From: Ginglymostoma cirratum
Lineage: Eukaryota
Length of the DNA stretch: 64,000 nt
Direction: 5' to 3'
NCBI GenBank assembly: GCA_024137785.1
Contig: JAHRHZ010000105.1
Span: 6,700,219 to 6,764,218 of the forward strand
The notes under the pieces were generated by a model. It was given only the letters and a program-made list of their open reading frames with translations. It made no database searches and was not told where the DNA came from. Positions 13,481-27,441 of this stretch are shown here, one piece after another. Each line of letters starts with the position of its first letter. The first letter of the stretch is position 1. The translations under genes were made by a program, and so were the position numbers.

Positions 13481-15079
13481 AAAAAACACCTTATCTCGAC
13501 GTTGCTCTTTGTACTCAATCTTCGTTCTATTAATGACCTCTCTTCATGTCTCACTAGCTGTTGAGAACATGGGGTAGCGGATAGTAATTTTTTTTTGTAA
13601 ATATGTACTTTATTATTTTTTAAACATCTACATTCTTCACATGTTGTCGTCCTGTCATGCTCTTCATTGCAATGACTGTACTTGGGACACATTGTTAAGA
13701 TTTGTTCTTCTGTCATGCCTCATGTTCCTGGCAGACGAATTGAACAAAGTTTAGACCCAAAACCCCAAGCAAAGAAGCCACAGAGAACAATCCGAGAATG
13801 CATGAATTTTTAAAAAATGTTAACTAGATCTGGTTTTGATTGCCAGTTGCCTGGAGGGAAATAAAACGAACCACTACATCTCAAACTCAATAGCGGTTCG
13901 TGGGAGTTCCAAAATCTCCAATGCTCAGTCGTATAGTCGAGTAGTGTCCCATCCATCCCACTTATCCAAGTATTCAGAAGAAGCAGATATCCCTTTCAAT
14001 CTAGTGGTAGTATCCTTCGTTATGATTTCACATACATGTTCTAATTGGATGAGGTGATGGTGGGACACCTTCGGTATGTGGTTCTAGGTGAGTGGCGGGG
14101 ATGGGTGATGATGTGTTAATTCGAAACGTAAAGCTGCCAGAGACCGTTTGTCTAAACCTCTCCAATAAACAATCTCCAAACTGTTTCCCATTTGTGTTAC
14201 ATTCAAGAGAACATCTTCGATCAGTAAACAGTAACAATAATGGTGTAGAAAAAATTAAAACCGATTAATTGTTGCCAATTGTTCTTCTTTGTCAAACTTT
14301 AACACACAATGCACATGGTGAAGCGATTGCAGCATTTGGTCCTTCTCACTGTATTTTTACATTGAATACACGTGACAATAAATGATTCAATTCCCTACAG
14401 CCATGCAAATCTGGCCAATGGATGTTGTTCAATTTATGCCAAACTGTGCCCATATATACATATTCATCTACACATATAATACATGTGCATTAGTTGTCGC
14501 ACTAATGAAATCACAGTTAACCAAAGGTCATAAAGGTTACAATAAAAATCTTTTTCGTGATTTCAGAAGTATCTGACAACTTGAGTTCAACTTTTTTGTT
14601 CCCATTGATCTTCACTCACTTTGACTGATGTGGGTGATGTCCCAAGACTGACAATAACAGGCACAAATACTGGGGCAAGGGCAACCTTAAAAACCATACA
14701 GTTGTTTCGAATCTCCGACGACCATCCCGGCCCAAACCACCAGTCTCCCCCCAGCTCAGAATAGAGGCAGTACAAATGCAGTCCGAGATCATAAGCCACA
14801 GCTGCTGTAAACTTGGGTCAATCCATTTGAAAAATACATCAAGCAGACCCACATTTTGGGTACGCTGATAAAGACGATTAAAAGTCTATGTTTTGGAGTA
14901 GAAACAAAGGTTATTGTTTGCGTTTGTACATAATTATTACCAGCCACAGAATAAACGATCTGGAGTCCGGAATAACCAATATTCTATCGAGTAAAAACTT
15001 TATACAGAATAGAAAAAAATGTGATGAAAGCAACACGAACAAAACATCTACTATTAACATATTGCATACCGTTGATACA

Positions 15080-15480
15080 AAGGAAATAGTTTATATTTAT
15101 ATGGCGCCTATCAGAACTCAAGAGCCCCCCTACAGGGCTTTACAGCGATTTGGGAAGTTTCAAAGTTTACTCACTGCTGAAATGCAGAAACAGGCAGTCA
15201 CCATGTGCACGGTATGCTCCCATAGACAACAATGATATAGTGTCCAAACATCTTTCTAAAATAAAGTCAATATGGGGATAAATATCAGCCTGAGTTCCGA
15301 TTGAATTACTTTTCCATTCTTTGAGATACAGTTGGATCTTGACAATGCCCCTAAAAAGGGCAGAGGAAGACTGGAGTTAAACCCCTCAGCCAACAAACGG
15401 CATTTGTCTCCGACAGTGTAGCACTCTGGCAGAGCCACGTTATGAAGTCTCAGCGCTCTGGTGTGGGCCTTCCAACCCAG
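15080..15480 (-). mobile_element. Old Deu-type SINE
   Basis: Minus strand reads GTGCTACACTGTCGGAGACAAATGCCG, a Deu-domain-like start, with L2-type tail GGCGCCATATAAAT. Confidence 0.6.
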
Positions 15481-15484
15481 ATAC

Positions 15485-15652
15485 AATGTTCTTTAGGGAA
15501 GGAAACTGCCATCCTTACCTGATCTAGCCTACATGTGACTCCAGACCCAAAGCAATATGGTTTACTCTCAACTGCCCTCTGGGCAATTAGGGATGGGCAA
15601 TAAATGCTGCCTAGCCAGCGACGCCCTCATCCCGTGAATGAATAAAAAAAAA
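15485..15652 (+). mobile_element. SINE family X, 3' half with A-rich tail
   Basis: Near-identical to 50662-50813. Confidence 0.85.
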
Positions 15653-15673
15653 TACAAACATCACACTGTTCAG

Positions 15674-15881
15674 AAATAACACAGTGTGGAGCTGGAGGAG
15701 CACAGCAGGCCAGGCAGCATCAGAGGAGCAAGAAAGTCGACGTTTCGGGTCGGGATTTCTGAAGAAGGGTCCCAACCCGAAACGTCAGCTTTCCTGCTCC
15801 TCTGATGCTGCTTGGCCTGTTGTGATCCTCCAGCTCCACACTGTCTTATCTCTGACTCCAGCATTGGCAGTTCTTACTATC
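15674..15881 (+). mobile_element. Fold-back mini Penelope insertion (family A) with hammerhead core
   Basis: About 80-bp inverted arms. TSD TCACACTGTTCAG at 15661-15673 and 15882-15894. CTGAAGA-A-GGGT..ACCC-GAAA-CGTC at 15759-15786. Confidence 0.85.
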
Positions 15882-16604
15882 TCACACTGTTCAGGAAGCA
15901 CGGTTTAATTTTAGAATTTATATTGGAAAAAAGATCAAACTCCAGAGAGACAGACTACGCTGAGACTGAAAGCGTGTAAGAAAGAAGGAAAAATAAAAGT
16001 TTTTTTAAAATGCTGAACCGGTCTTGGGTTTTAAGAACTTATCGACTGTGGGAGAAAGCATAGAATGTAAAAGCGGAAGAACTCGTTGCTGTAAGGCCAT
16101 AAAAGAGTTTTTTTTTAAATTGAGCATAGATGAGTTCAATTAGACTACTCGAATAGTATAATTCTTGAATGCTTTCCTTCTTAGTTGAAGTCACAATCAA
16201 CCACTATACAAATGTAATCGGCGATGACCTCCGCTCAACGTCCTGGTAAAATAGGCTACATGTACACTGCACTAACAAAACACAAATTGCTTTTCGGAAA
16301 GTAGCTGGGAAATCAGACATCTGGGGTTGAGCAAGGCGTGAGCAAAACTGCTCTGAGTAAAGTTACATCTAACAAGGGACTGCGTAGAAATTTAAAGAAA
16401 AAGTTGGCAATGTTTGCACAGTGACTCATAAAGGATTGACCTTTACCTGTAGCATAAAGTAGATAGCCAGACGGGACGATTTTAGAATGCGAGTCATGCC
16501 AGTGAGTGAGACAGCATACTAAGACCGTTGGGCTTTTACAAATTGATTTGAGAATGGGGCAGTTTGCCACAGAATACCATTGTCCACTTTGTGGTTTGAA
16601 TTGC

Positions 16605-16940
16605 CATTGCAATTGTATAGCGCCTGACGACCATTGAACGCCCCAAAGTACTTCACGCGAAATGAAGCACTTTTCTGAAGAGTTGCTGTTATTCTATCTG
16701 GCGATAGGCAGCAGGCCCTTTGTACACAGCAAACTCCCACATACAACAAGGCGAGAATAGCCGGATAATTTTCTTTTGTGATGTTGAGTGAGGTGAATGT
16801 TGGCTAGGGTGGCACTCTGTTTTTCTCCTACATTGTACCATGAGAGCTTTTAAGTCCAGAGGGTAGGCAGGGGCTTATTTTAAACATTTCTTCTAAAAGG
16901 TGGCACCTCAGACGGCGCAGCACTGCCTCTCTTTTGCACT
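16605..16940 (-). mobile_element. Old Deu-type SINE
   Basis: Minus strand reads GTGCTGCGCCGTCTGAGGTGCCACCTTTT...GGCGCTATACAATTGCAA. Confidence 0.65.
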
Positions 16941-17330
16941 GGGCGGGGTGGGGGGGGGTTTGTACTAAATTTGCGTACAGTCCCTGTTGTGAACCGCGAA
17001 CTCGCTACCATCTGCGAGAAGGCTGCCAAAATTTTGCGCCAGTTGTGCCAAAGAATTTATCTTGGCTGTGTTCCATCCCTGTATTTGCCTTCTAGAGATA
17101 AGCGACCTTGCACGAAGTTGACACAGGAGGCAGCAGGGAAGGGGAAACACATGTTCATTCACGTAGCAAACGTTTTCTCTTTAAATAAACTAGAGCTGCC
17201 AACGTCATTTTGTGAGTGAGGAAAGGCACAAGGCTTATCTTTAGTCAGACCCACCTTCGAAACTCTTGCTCCTTAATAACGTGTCGGATTGCGAGTTCCT
17301 TTTGTGTAAGCAATGGGCAGTAATGCAATA

Positions 17331-17494
17331 TAAAAACCGAAAGAACTGCGGATGCTGTAAATCAGGAACAAAAACAAAGTTGCTCGAAAAGCTCAGTTCT
17401 GAGGAAGGGTCACCAGACCCGAAACGTTAATTCTGTTTTCTCCTTCGCAGATGCTGCCAGACCTGCTGAGCTTTTCCAGCAACTTTATTTTTGT
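17331..17494. mobile_element. Fold-back mini Penelope insertion (family B) with hammerhead core
   Basis: TSD GGCAGTAATGCAATA at 17316-17330 and 17495-17509. CTGAGGA-A-GGGTC-ACCA-GACCC-GAAA-CGTT at 17399-17428. Confidence 0.85.
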
Positions 17495-17659
17495 GGCAGT
17501 AATGCAATAGTACACGATGCTGAACTATAACTTCTTTATGCAATATTACCTTCTTAAAGAGGATGATTTTTCTCTGCCTTGCCTCAATACGTCCTCAACT
17601 TATTGACTGATGTTTTTCGTAGCGTCTAATCATCATCGGGATCAAAGCCATCGAGCAAT

Positions 17660-18162
17660 AAAAAGCAGGAAGTGCCGGAGAAACCCAGCAGGTTTTGCTG
17701 CTCCTGTAGAGAGAGAGAAACAGAATTAACGCTTCGAGTCCGATGACCTTTCGTCAGCAGCTGGGTCAGGTGGTATTTATACTGATGACAGTGAGTAGGG
17801 GAAACAGTCAACAGATTTGTATGGATTGGTTCCAGCGCGGGCAACACACTTTCAAACATTCACTGTTCTCGTTAGCACGCTATCCAGCATTTATTTCCTT
17901 CTGGACTTATCATAGCCAATCTCTTTGATCTCCTCTCCTCTTTTTTTCTCTCTGTCTCTATGCATTCTATTCGTCGTCCCCCTCCCCCGATATCACCATA
18001 AATGCCACCTTGTCCCCAGCGCTTTTAGTTCTGACGAACGGCCACTGGATTCGACACATTAATTTCCTTCTACCGTCCATAGATACTGCCAGACCTGTTG
18101 AGTTTCTCCAGCACTTTCTGTTTTTGTTTCGGATCTCCAGATCCGCAGTTCTGTGTTTTATC
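17660..18162. mobile_element. Older, longer inverted family-B Penelope remnant
   Basis: Diverged inverted termini, each with a decayed CTGACGA core (17751-17757 -, 18031-18037 +). Confidence 0.7.
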
Positions 18163-21100
18163 AAAGTTCCTGGGGTTTGCTGCTGCATCAGTTTAAACCC
18201 TGCCACACCGAGAACGCTTGAATGTAATAATGCTAGGCACACTTTCACCAGGACAGTGAACTATCAGATGCCTTACACTTTCCTAACGGTGGCAGTTATT
18301 TCTTCCTCTCTGCATTCTAGAGTGTGATTATGCGGTTTGAAAGAAAAATGCAAATTCGCGCAAACATCCACTTTATGAGTTTCCAGTCTGTTGCGAAAAG
18401 GGTATATCTGCCGCAGGGACCAGAAGCTGTCTGTAGTCCAATGGCATGAGTTTATTTCCTGAGATGTAAGGAGTTAGTTTTATTCCTGTTGCGCACACAG
18501 AGTTATTTCTAGCAACAGGTACCAAAAGACTAAGATGAAGTACCATCTGATGTAACTCTATTGCCTCTTCAGGCCCGGTTACCAATGAGCTTTCGTGGAA
18601 ATGAACGCTAGTCAGGACACTGTTGACGGAGACCTTTTGAACACATTTCTTCAAAAACCTGGGCGCTTGCCACGCAAGAATGTAACAGCAGGCGCCAAAA
18701 TAAAATCATTGCTCTATAAAATAGCTCAAGTCAAAGGGTTTTAAAACTGCATGAGTCACGGAGAGTTAGTTCAATTGGATGTGATGGAGGAGACTGATCT
18801 CTCGAGATAACGGTTATATTCTGCAGTATAGCGTCTTAATGAAATCAGATAACATGCCAAACAATTTCATATTTTCACATCAGGGTGAGGCTTGCGATTT
18901 GGATGTTGGTACCAGATAGAAGATGCCATTTTTTTTATATCCAGTCCTTTGTCATAATAACGCTACTAACGTCAGGACCGCGCCGACGTTAGACCGCGTG
19001 CATTTCGGGATCATAAACACGACGCCAGTTTCAGTTTTGAGTCTTGCATCTCGAGTCGGTTGAACTTTCCCTACCTTTTGAAGCACTTGGAGTATCAGTG
19101 GAGGAATAGGGGACTTTTTTTATCTGGGGGAGGGGCACGGTGTAGGTTATGACAATGGTTAGCAATTCTAAATACCAGGCGAAATCCTGCCACCCAACAT
19201 CCGCAGGTATGTGAATGAGAAAATTACTATAACCTATTCCATAAATGTTCATACGCAGAGAATGAAAAACAGGGTGATAGTAAACTAGAACCGTTCACGA
19301 AACAAGTAGTTTTCGGTTCAGTCACCAGCCTCACAATCTGTAATTAGAATCAGCGTGCCAATTGGAGGATTACATTTTTGACTATGGTCACCCAGTGTAT
19401 ATTTGTTCACCATCTTTTGTACAACACACATAAAGCACAAATCGTGTTTCTGGGTCATCGGCAATAGAGTAAATATAATGTCTTCCTAACATATTATCAC
19501 AGTTTTAAGGCTCGGTAGGGTCATAATTTCGTTTTGGATTTTTAAAATCTAAGTTTACTGTTTAAGTCATAAATTAGAAGTACAGTTGAAAGATCAGACT
19601 CAGAAACATGTGAAATGTTAAACATCAGATCTCACTATTTCCAACTCGACTTCCCATCCGTACACCAGCACCCCCACCCCCCGCTGCCCAGAAATTCCTT
19701 GGTTTAATGACATCTCCACGGCAACAAAAATTATTAAAATATTTCAACTGGTAAGCCAATGGATTCAAACGTTCAAAAGCATATAGTTGGATTTTAAGAT
19801 GAAACCAGTTTCCCTGCCTTACCCATTTTTACAGAGGGTTCTGGTTACACAATAGTAGCGTCTCTATCTCTGAGCCTGGGGGTTCAAGTTCCAACTCCAG
19901 AGGTGTGTAAAAACATCTCTGAACAGGGTGGTTAAGATGATCTACTCTCTTTCATACATTTACGCTCATATCAGCAAATGCAAGCAGGAAAAGTACACAT
20001 TAAACTTCAAAAAAATTATACTTTACTCCGAAAAAAAATTCATGTCAGTCAAAAAATATTCGGTGCATCAGGCCAGCGCCGTGGTTTTAGACATAGGGGT
20101 GCCCTATCTAAGACCACGCTCCTGTTCTCTTCCTTTTTCAAACAGCTTTCCCCTAAATACTTCAATATTCTGAGGCAGAGAATCCCACGTTCTAATCACC
20201 TTATGTGTATTTTTTTTTGTTTGCTTCTTATTGGTTGTTTTTCCAGGTCACATGCCGTGGAACTTATTGAGCAACAGTTGGATCTTTAATGGGAATATGT
20301 GTAAATCTATTGGAAACGCGACAATCGCCTTTACCACAATCATAAAACATTAACAGCAGTCACCACAAAGTGAACACAAAGCAACGTCAGTCAAGTAATC
20401 CATATGGAAGAAGAAAATGTGTGGTTTGCATAGATACTAACGCTCTGTGAAAAATATGCTAGCAATGTATTTCAAAAATCGTTAAATTCTATGTTGAATT
20501 TGCAGCAGATTATGCGTTTATTCTCCATAAAACTTGTACACACAGTTCATTGGAAGCATCTACAAGACCACTCGACGAAGGTTAGAATAGGAGATCACAC
20601 GGCGTGAGGTCTGCGTAGGACCAATAGCTAAACATCGGGCAATAAAACAATGTACCATTAAGGGAACGTACTTTATTTATTTTAATCAACCTACACAGAC
20701 ATATAATCACAACTCTTAAAAAGGGACTTGAACAGAGACCTCCTGGCTCAAAGGTAGAGACACTGCGACTGTGTTATTGATGCCCCTTACATCTTGTTTC
20801 TTCAATATCCGACTTTCATTGGCACTCAAAGCAACATTTTCAATTAAATTGGATAAATTTAAAAACTGAGTTGCGTATTCCAAAAACCTCGTCTTTGTGA
20901 CAAGGCATTTCTCCAATTCTACCTCGTGGTAACTGACTATTGGATGTCGAATTTAATTTCTTCAGGTACACATTATCACGTACTCGCGATAGGCTGCCAG
21001 GAATTTAATTTTCAGTAGTTACATCACGGTAGATATGAAATCTTATCTTCAAACTCCTGCACATTGCATCATGACCGGGTATAAAAGTGCTTTTTTGGCT

Positions 21101-22057
21101 AAAATTTTGCTTGTTCCACCAAAAGCTGCCGCTCTTAATTTTTGCTGCGTTCAAGAATACACATTTGGAACAACGTAAGAATTTATTGCGTCAATATGAA
21201 ATATTCAATAGCTCGCAATTTGGACAACATTTCTATTAGTTCACAATTAAACCAGTGTGTTCCAATTCCGGAGCCGAGGGGAGAGCTTTCCTTGTTTTCT
21301 CCGAGTCCCTGATAAAGTAACAGTCTCATTAGAAAGGCGAGTTATGATAGATGTTTGAAGAACTGAGCAATAATGTTTTGCCCTGGATCGTCAATCAATG
21401 TTCCTAAAGGAAGCCAAGTGTCTATTTTAATGTTCTGGAGTCTTAACAAGTGCTTACAAGCCGGAGCATTCAAAGCATATGAAAGCCACTGGTTTGCTGG
21501 GAATCAAAATAACTAACTTTGACATTTATAGTCATTAAACTTTGAAGTTGACATTTTCATTAACTATCTGGACCTTCGCTTAAACTGTTGTAAAAATCAA
21601 AAGATTCGTATAAACTTGGTAATGTGGTCAGTATCATGAAACCTGACAGTAGAGGCGCTTCCATTTAATTGAATAGGTACTGCCTGTCACACTCTAATAC
21701 ATCACTGAAATACCTCTCAATGTTTGCATCAATATTCTTATTTTCGCGTTGGATTTGATGGGAATAAGATGTCTAGCATTCTGTTGTTATCCACAGTGTT
21801 GTGGAAAGTAGGTCTTTGGATCTGTCGCTGCACGTTGGAAACTTACACCCAAAATTAACACTAATGACAGATTTATTGCAGTCAGTCAAAATAGGCGCCT
21901 CGCAGACAGAATCAATGTGCTGCATAAACAATTGTCACACAACCAATTTTGGTCTGTTCCAGTTACGTACAAGTGTGGTCGGGCGGGTCTTCGTGAGCAG
22001 GCTACCTTTGGTATGATCAGCCCTTTACCAGGGGAAAAAAAATGTCCAATGGAAGAA

Positions 22058-22192
22058 GAAGCCAAAGAAGGACAGATGCTGGAAATCAGAAACAAAAGCA
22101 TAAATTGTTGGGAAAACTCGGCAGGTCTGGTAGCATCTGTGAAGAGAAAGCAGAGTTAATGCTTCGGCTCCAGTGACCCTTCTTCAGAACTG
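22058..22192 (-). mobile_element. Family-B Penelope terminal fragment
   Basis: CAGATGCTGGAAATCAGAAACAAAA...GCAGGTCTGGTAGCATCTGTG...GACCCTTCTTCAGAAC. Confidence 0.75.
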
Positions 22193-22409
22193 ATCTTCAG
22201 AAAAAAGTGTCCAGGAGGCCAGTATTCGATGAAAGGCTTGTCAAACTTCTGCTTAATTCAGCAGTTCTGATATCCAACTGGAAGGGATTTGTTAGAGAGA
22301 TTAAAGTGTAGATTACTCATCCGAACTCACATGTCACTTGCAACAAACAAAATATTCCATGCAATGTCTAAGTTTGAAACCCCAATAAAGTATAAACTAG
22401 TGTGAGTTG

Positions 22410-22840
22410 GTAGGTCGAGATCTTATGAGGAAAGGCTGAGGGACTTGAGGCTGTTTTCGTTCGAGAGAAGAAAGTTAAGAGGTGACTTAATAGAGACATA
22501 CAAGATGATCAGAGGATTAGATAGGGTGGACAGTGAGAGCCTTTTTCCTCGGATAGTGATGGCTAGCACGAGGGGACATAGCTTTAAATTGAGGGGTGGT
22601 AGATATAGGACAGATGTCAGAGGTAGGCTCTTTACTCAGACAGTAGTAAGGGCGTGGAATGCCTTGCCTGCAGCAGTTGTAGACTCTCCAACTTTAAGGG
22701 CATTTAAATGGTCATTGGATAAACATATGGATGATAATGGAATAGTGTAGGTTAGATGGGCTTCAGATTGGTTTCACAGGTCGGCGCAACATCGAGGGCC
22801 GAAGGGCCTGTACTGCGCTGTAATGTTCTATGTTCTATGT
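22410..22840 (+). mobile_element. Young CR1-clade (HER1-like) LINE, 5'-truncated: ORF2 C-terminus and 3'UTR
   Basis: ORF 22445-22750 contains ERRKLRGDLIETYKMIRG...TRGHSFKL...WNALP, the typical CR1 ORF2 end; GCCGAAGGGCCTGT and (TGTTCTA)n tail. Confidence 0.92.
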
Positions 22841-24614
22841 GCGTAAGAGAACACCGACCAAGTATAAGGACATTCGGCTCTTGGAAATTCACCCACCTGG
22901 ATTCCCACCTCTGTCATTGCAACATCGTACACACACTCATGCCTGAACATGTTTCCTTGCATGGTTAACCAGTCACATAGCTTCACTAATCTTGCTTCCT
23001 GAGCAAACAAGATATCACAATTAGAATGGGAGATTCCAAACTTTTCTCTTCCAGAGATAAACCAACTAAGGATACACACCCAATTCTATTGAGCTATAAC
23101 AGTACCATGTTTGAACCTTCCTGTTTCAGTTTTACGGATTCTTGATATCCGAGTTCCTATCTCAAACTTGTTTTGCCAACAGTTGAATTCCTTATCCACT
23201 TCCACTGGAACATCAAGAGTTGGGTTGCGCAATGTTAGACAGTGAAAGGGGGCAGTTGGATTATTTAGACTGGCAGGCATTCATTCCACTTCCAAATATA
23301 TTCCCACTGTTTCAGTGAGATCACACGAAAATGTGAGAACTTGGCATTGTCCCGGTGTTTTATTTTATATAACTCTAGTTTGTTAGCATAAGTTCAAGCG
23401 TCCTAGACCCAAGTGCAGATCAACCTGTACTTCTCGTAAGGCAGACCTCTCTTGCGGTAACTGAACAGTCTAAAGCCCAGCTGAAGTCTAGAGCCTGTGC
23501 TGTATCCAACAAACAAGAGTTGCTGTCTCACAGGCGAACAGATCATATGTTATAAAGCAAGATGGTAGCCCAGGGACAGCCTCCAGCTCGCTAGACTTCT
23601 CTGATGTGCTTACCAATTATGTTTTTTTTAAATTTGCAAGAACTTTTAAATAGACATCTATAATTATATAAAACATGCTTATACAGCCTAAACTCGGACA
23701 CCGATCAGAGAACTGGACTCCACCCACTCAATAAGTCCATCCAATAATAGTTTCCAACACTAGCCATAAGCCAATGAAAAGCAGACAAAATGACGGGTTA
23801 ACGGAAAACTGCCTCGTCGTTTCCCAAGACCTGTTAAGGTAGAAAATCCTTCCAATATTATCCACACCCTAATTTCTATATAGCAACAAACTTCCACAAA
23901 CTATGAAATTTCAGTCCTGCCAACTCTACTAACATCATTTTACCGACACTAAGCTTTGGATACATGTTTAAAAGTTTAAAGTTTATCCTAGACCTGACTC
24001 TTTCGCACTCAGTTCTACATGTATTTTTTAAAAGAATACTCACAAACATTCAATATCGACAAGGAAACATTCCCCATATTTTGCTACAGAAGTCTGATAT
24101 GGATACCGAAGGATGTTGACTGCATAATATTGGATATTGGGACGTTTTGCCATCATGCGGCATGACTTGGAGTTTTAATTTCTCAACTCACTTCGAATCT
24201 TGGACCAAAAGCTAATGATTGAAGCGGAGTACATGAACAGTGACTTATTTTGCTTTATAGAGAATAGTCACCGGTTCCAATTGCGCATTCGTCAGTGTGA
24301 AAGATGCATCTACGCTTTGATTTACGACTTTTCCATGCCCTTGTAGCGTTGGTCACCCAGGCTGCACATTATTAGACTAGAGTAGGTGGGGCTTAAAGGT
24401 GTCCTTGCTCAGAGGTAGGGACATTATCACTGCATTACAAAATCCCTTACCTTTTGACTTGTAGGATGTCCTGTACCTTGCAGGAGTTACTGAGCGGTCA
24501 ATAGAAACAATTGTCAAATTGCAGCACGCCTTTCCCAGCGATTCCATCACCAAGTACTTCAATAAACAAAGATTATTTCACCAACCTGGCTCCTCAATAG
24601 AGAGTTGAGGATAT

Positions 24615-24785
24615 TGAAACAAATATAGAAAATGCTGGAAAAACTCAGCAGATCTTCTTCAGAACTTCAAATTTCTTCTGCTGAAGAACCGGACTCAAAA
24701 CATTATCTCTCGCTCTCCCTCCAAGGATACTGCCAGACCTATTGAATTTCTCCACGATTTTCTACGTTCGTTTCAGATTTTCAGA
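24615..24785. mobile_element. Degenerate fold-back family-B Penelope fragment
   Basis: GAAAATGCTGGAAAAACTCAGCAG and inverted GATACTGCCAGACCTATTGAATTTCTCCA. Confidence 0.6.
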
Positions 24786-25724
24786 TGTTGCCTTTATTAT
24801 AGTTGCTGGTTCAATCCAGCAACACGGCGTCATTGCTAGTTTGTCAGCAAAGAACTTCTCTCAACGCCGGGCAGCACAGTATCTAAGCTTTGTAGCTCTC
24901 GAATATCCCATACTTTTGGGCAAGATTTTGTTCAGAGATGAGAGTCAGGGTTAGATCGGAAGCGATGATATAGAGCAATTATTTAATGATTGTCCTCAAA
25001 CCTTACTGGGAGTTTGCAGGGCTATTTCTTCTGATTTGACTAAGGAGAGCTGCTACAGTTCCACCAAGCTTGCCCGGGATCCTTTCAAAAATTAATAAAA
25101 GCCACCCTAGATGATGCAGTCAGTTAATCTCCAAAATTGAACAGTTCAAAGGATTCAGCTCGAAAGAAAACGTACGGAATAACAAATGGTAAAAGTCCTG
25201 AGCTCTCGCTGTGGGGCTTTTTCAGGGAGTAAATTGAGAAGCGAGGTAGATAATTGGACCGACGACTATTAGCAACACTGCCTCCTCAGTTCTCAATTTA
25301 TCCCCAAGGACAGCTACAAGGCAAACGCTTAGTTTATATAATCGCACACGACTGAGATGTTTCGTTTAGAAATAGCGCTAATTATAGGTTTCTTACAAAT
25401 AGCATTTGATCTTAAATTCATTATAAAGTAAGTTGCGATTTGTCCTTCCGCCTTCAAAGGTCAGAATTTTAATGCATCTTTTATTCCATTGAGAAGTTAA
25501 GCAGCTGTTAATAATTATATGGATGAAGATGCAAAACGAAGTTAAAAAAATCGAGGAATCTTTTCACTCAACAGAGTAGAAATTATATAGAAGTATTAAA
25601 GGGATATTAGGGAGATAGCCGAGAGACAAATAGAAGAATATGTTGAGAAGATAAATATTTGAGTATAGCTGAGCAGAGCAATTTGCACTTAATGCAGTAG
25701 GGATAAAGTAGCCTTTGTCGAGAG

Positions 25725-25855
25725 CAGGTTTAACCTGAGGTGAGGGGAGGAGCTTGAGAATGAGAATCCTTCATGATACCCTCAGCCGGTACAGGGAATT
25801 GAACCCACGCTATTAGCTTTACTTCTCATTGCGGACCGGCCAACGGAGCTAACCA
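25725..25855 (-). mobile_element. tRNA-derived SINE head (third family)
   Basis: Minus strand has A-box-like GGTTAGCTCCGTTGG and B-box GGTTCAATTCCC, but no complete cloverleaf. Confidence 0.55.
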
Positions 25856-27441
25856 ACTACAATGCAGGAATTGCAGGGAGCATTGACAGACTGGCTGAAG
25901 AATGGCAATTCAACCAAGCCATGCCAAGCGGATTGTAACACTTCGGGTCTGACTAGGACTATTAGCCCCCTCCCCGAGCCAACACAGTTATTGCAACAAC
26001 AACTCCCTCTGGGTATTTTAAAAAAGTGATGGGCAATAAACGTTGGTGTAACCAACGACACTCTCATCCTGTGAATGATGTTTTTTTAAAAAAAAACACA
26101 ATCAGCCCATTGAAAAGCATAAAACCGAGGAAGCAGCGATTCTGTGAAAGTTGGAAAAATAAAGGGAATTCCTGAAAAACTGGAGAAACAGTTCGTGATG
26201 AATCTGAAGTGTGACTCTCTCCACCGGTGATCCCAGACCTGCTGAGAGTTTTCTGCTGAAAACAAAAAAAAATGCTGGAAATCACAGCAGGTCAGGCAGC
26301 GTCCGTGGAGAGAGAGCAAGCTAACCTCTTGAGTCTAGGTGACTCTTCAATTCCTTTCCCTCAAAGACCACCAGGTCGTGTTGCCTGTTCTCGGATCCTA
26401 ACACGACTAGAATCTCCCTATATCTCAACCCACTGTCTTAAATGAAGCTGGTAGCGCTGCGAACAAATTCAACCTGGCCATGTCGATACCTGCAGTTTAC
26501 TCCGGGTTAACCACTTGGCTGGCCGCTAGATGTCGGAACCTCGTCGCTCTGCCGCCACCTCGGTCAACGTAGGACAGATTCACGGCGAATTCGCAAACCA
26601 ACCAGCGGTGTTGGTTCTCTCATTTTTGTGGGATCATTCCGTGAACACTTTATCTGCTTCATTTCCGCTAAAACAAACTATTTCCTCGTCGCATTATGAG
26701 GACGTAAAAGGTGCCATGCAAATGCAATTGCTTTCTTTCTGATCCAAACTTTGCACGTGGAGTGATCCCGGTTTAGATACCACACATGGCGACGCGCTTT
26801 TGGTTTTCTGCTGAAACATGTGAACACAATAATGCCAACAGCAGCAGCAAAAATGGACCTGGACACCGACAGCAACTGTCTCAAATGTTTCCTCTCAAGC
26901 TCGCGGTGTCCACAGCGCTCAAATAATTTGCCGGGTAATACGGAATTTGGCTGCGGGACGGACCACACATTCCGCATAATGAACGCCGAAGTCCTCAGAT
27001 TTTTGTGGTCAAAAATGTTTCATGAACAGACCGAAACTGTATGGCAAACGTTTCCCTCTCATTGCGGACATTTCCTGACGTGTTCTTATCTCCAGTCCTA
27101 GCTAACAAAAATACGTTAAGCTTTTCCAAAACAAAAATTCTAATGTTTTACGGCTTCAATGCGTGAGTCAGATAATCTCTCCTCGATTCCAGAAGCAACT
27201 AATTCCAATGGTTTTCAGTTTAATCCACTCCTAGAAGTGATGAAGCGACCAATTAGGATTTGACAAACCCTATCAACTACTAGAAATGTCGAGATGTCGA
27301 TTGATAGTATCGCATTTTATGAAAGAACGGTACAAGGTTGGTAAACAGAGGACAGAGATTTGCGATAATCGACAAAAAAAGGTCTAGGAAAGATTAGGTG
27401 ATCTTTAAAAAAGATCTTGCTATGATGTCCTGGAATGTATC

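Noticed and set aside
25725-25855. Possible second tRNA gene
   Set aside because: A and B boxes are present but there is no proper cloverleaf; it continues into a SINE body.
26530-27101. Overlapping 70-99 aa ORFs in a CpG-rich block
   Set aside because: No homology recognised and no convincing exon boundaries; more likely regulatory DNA.
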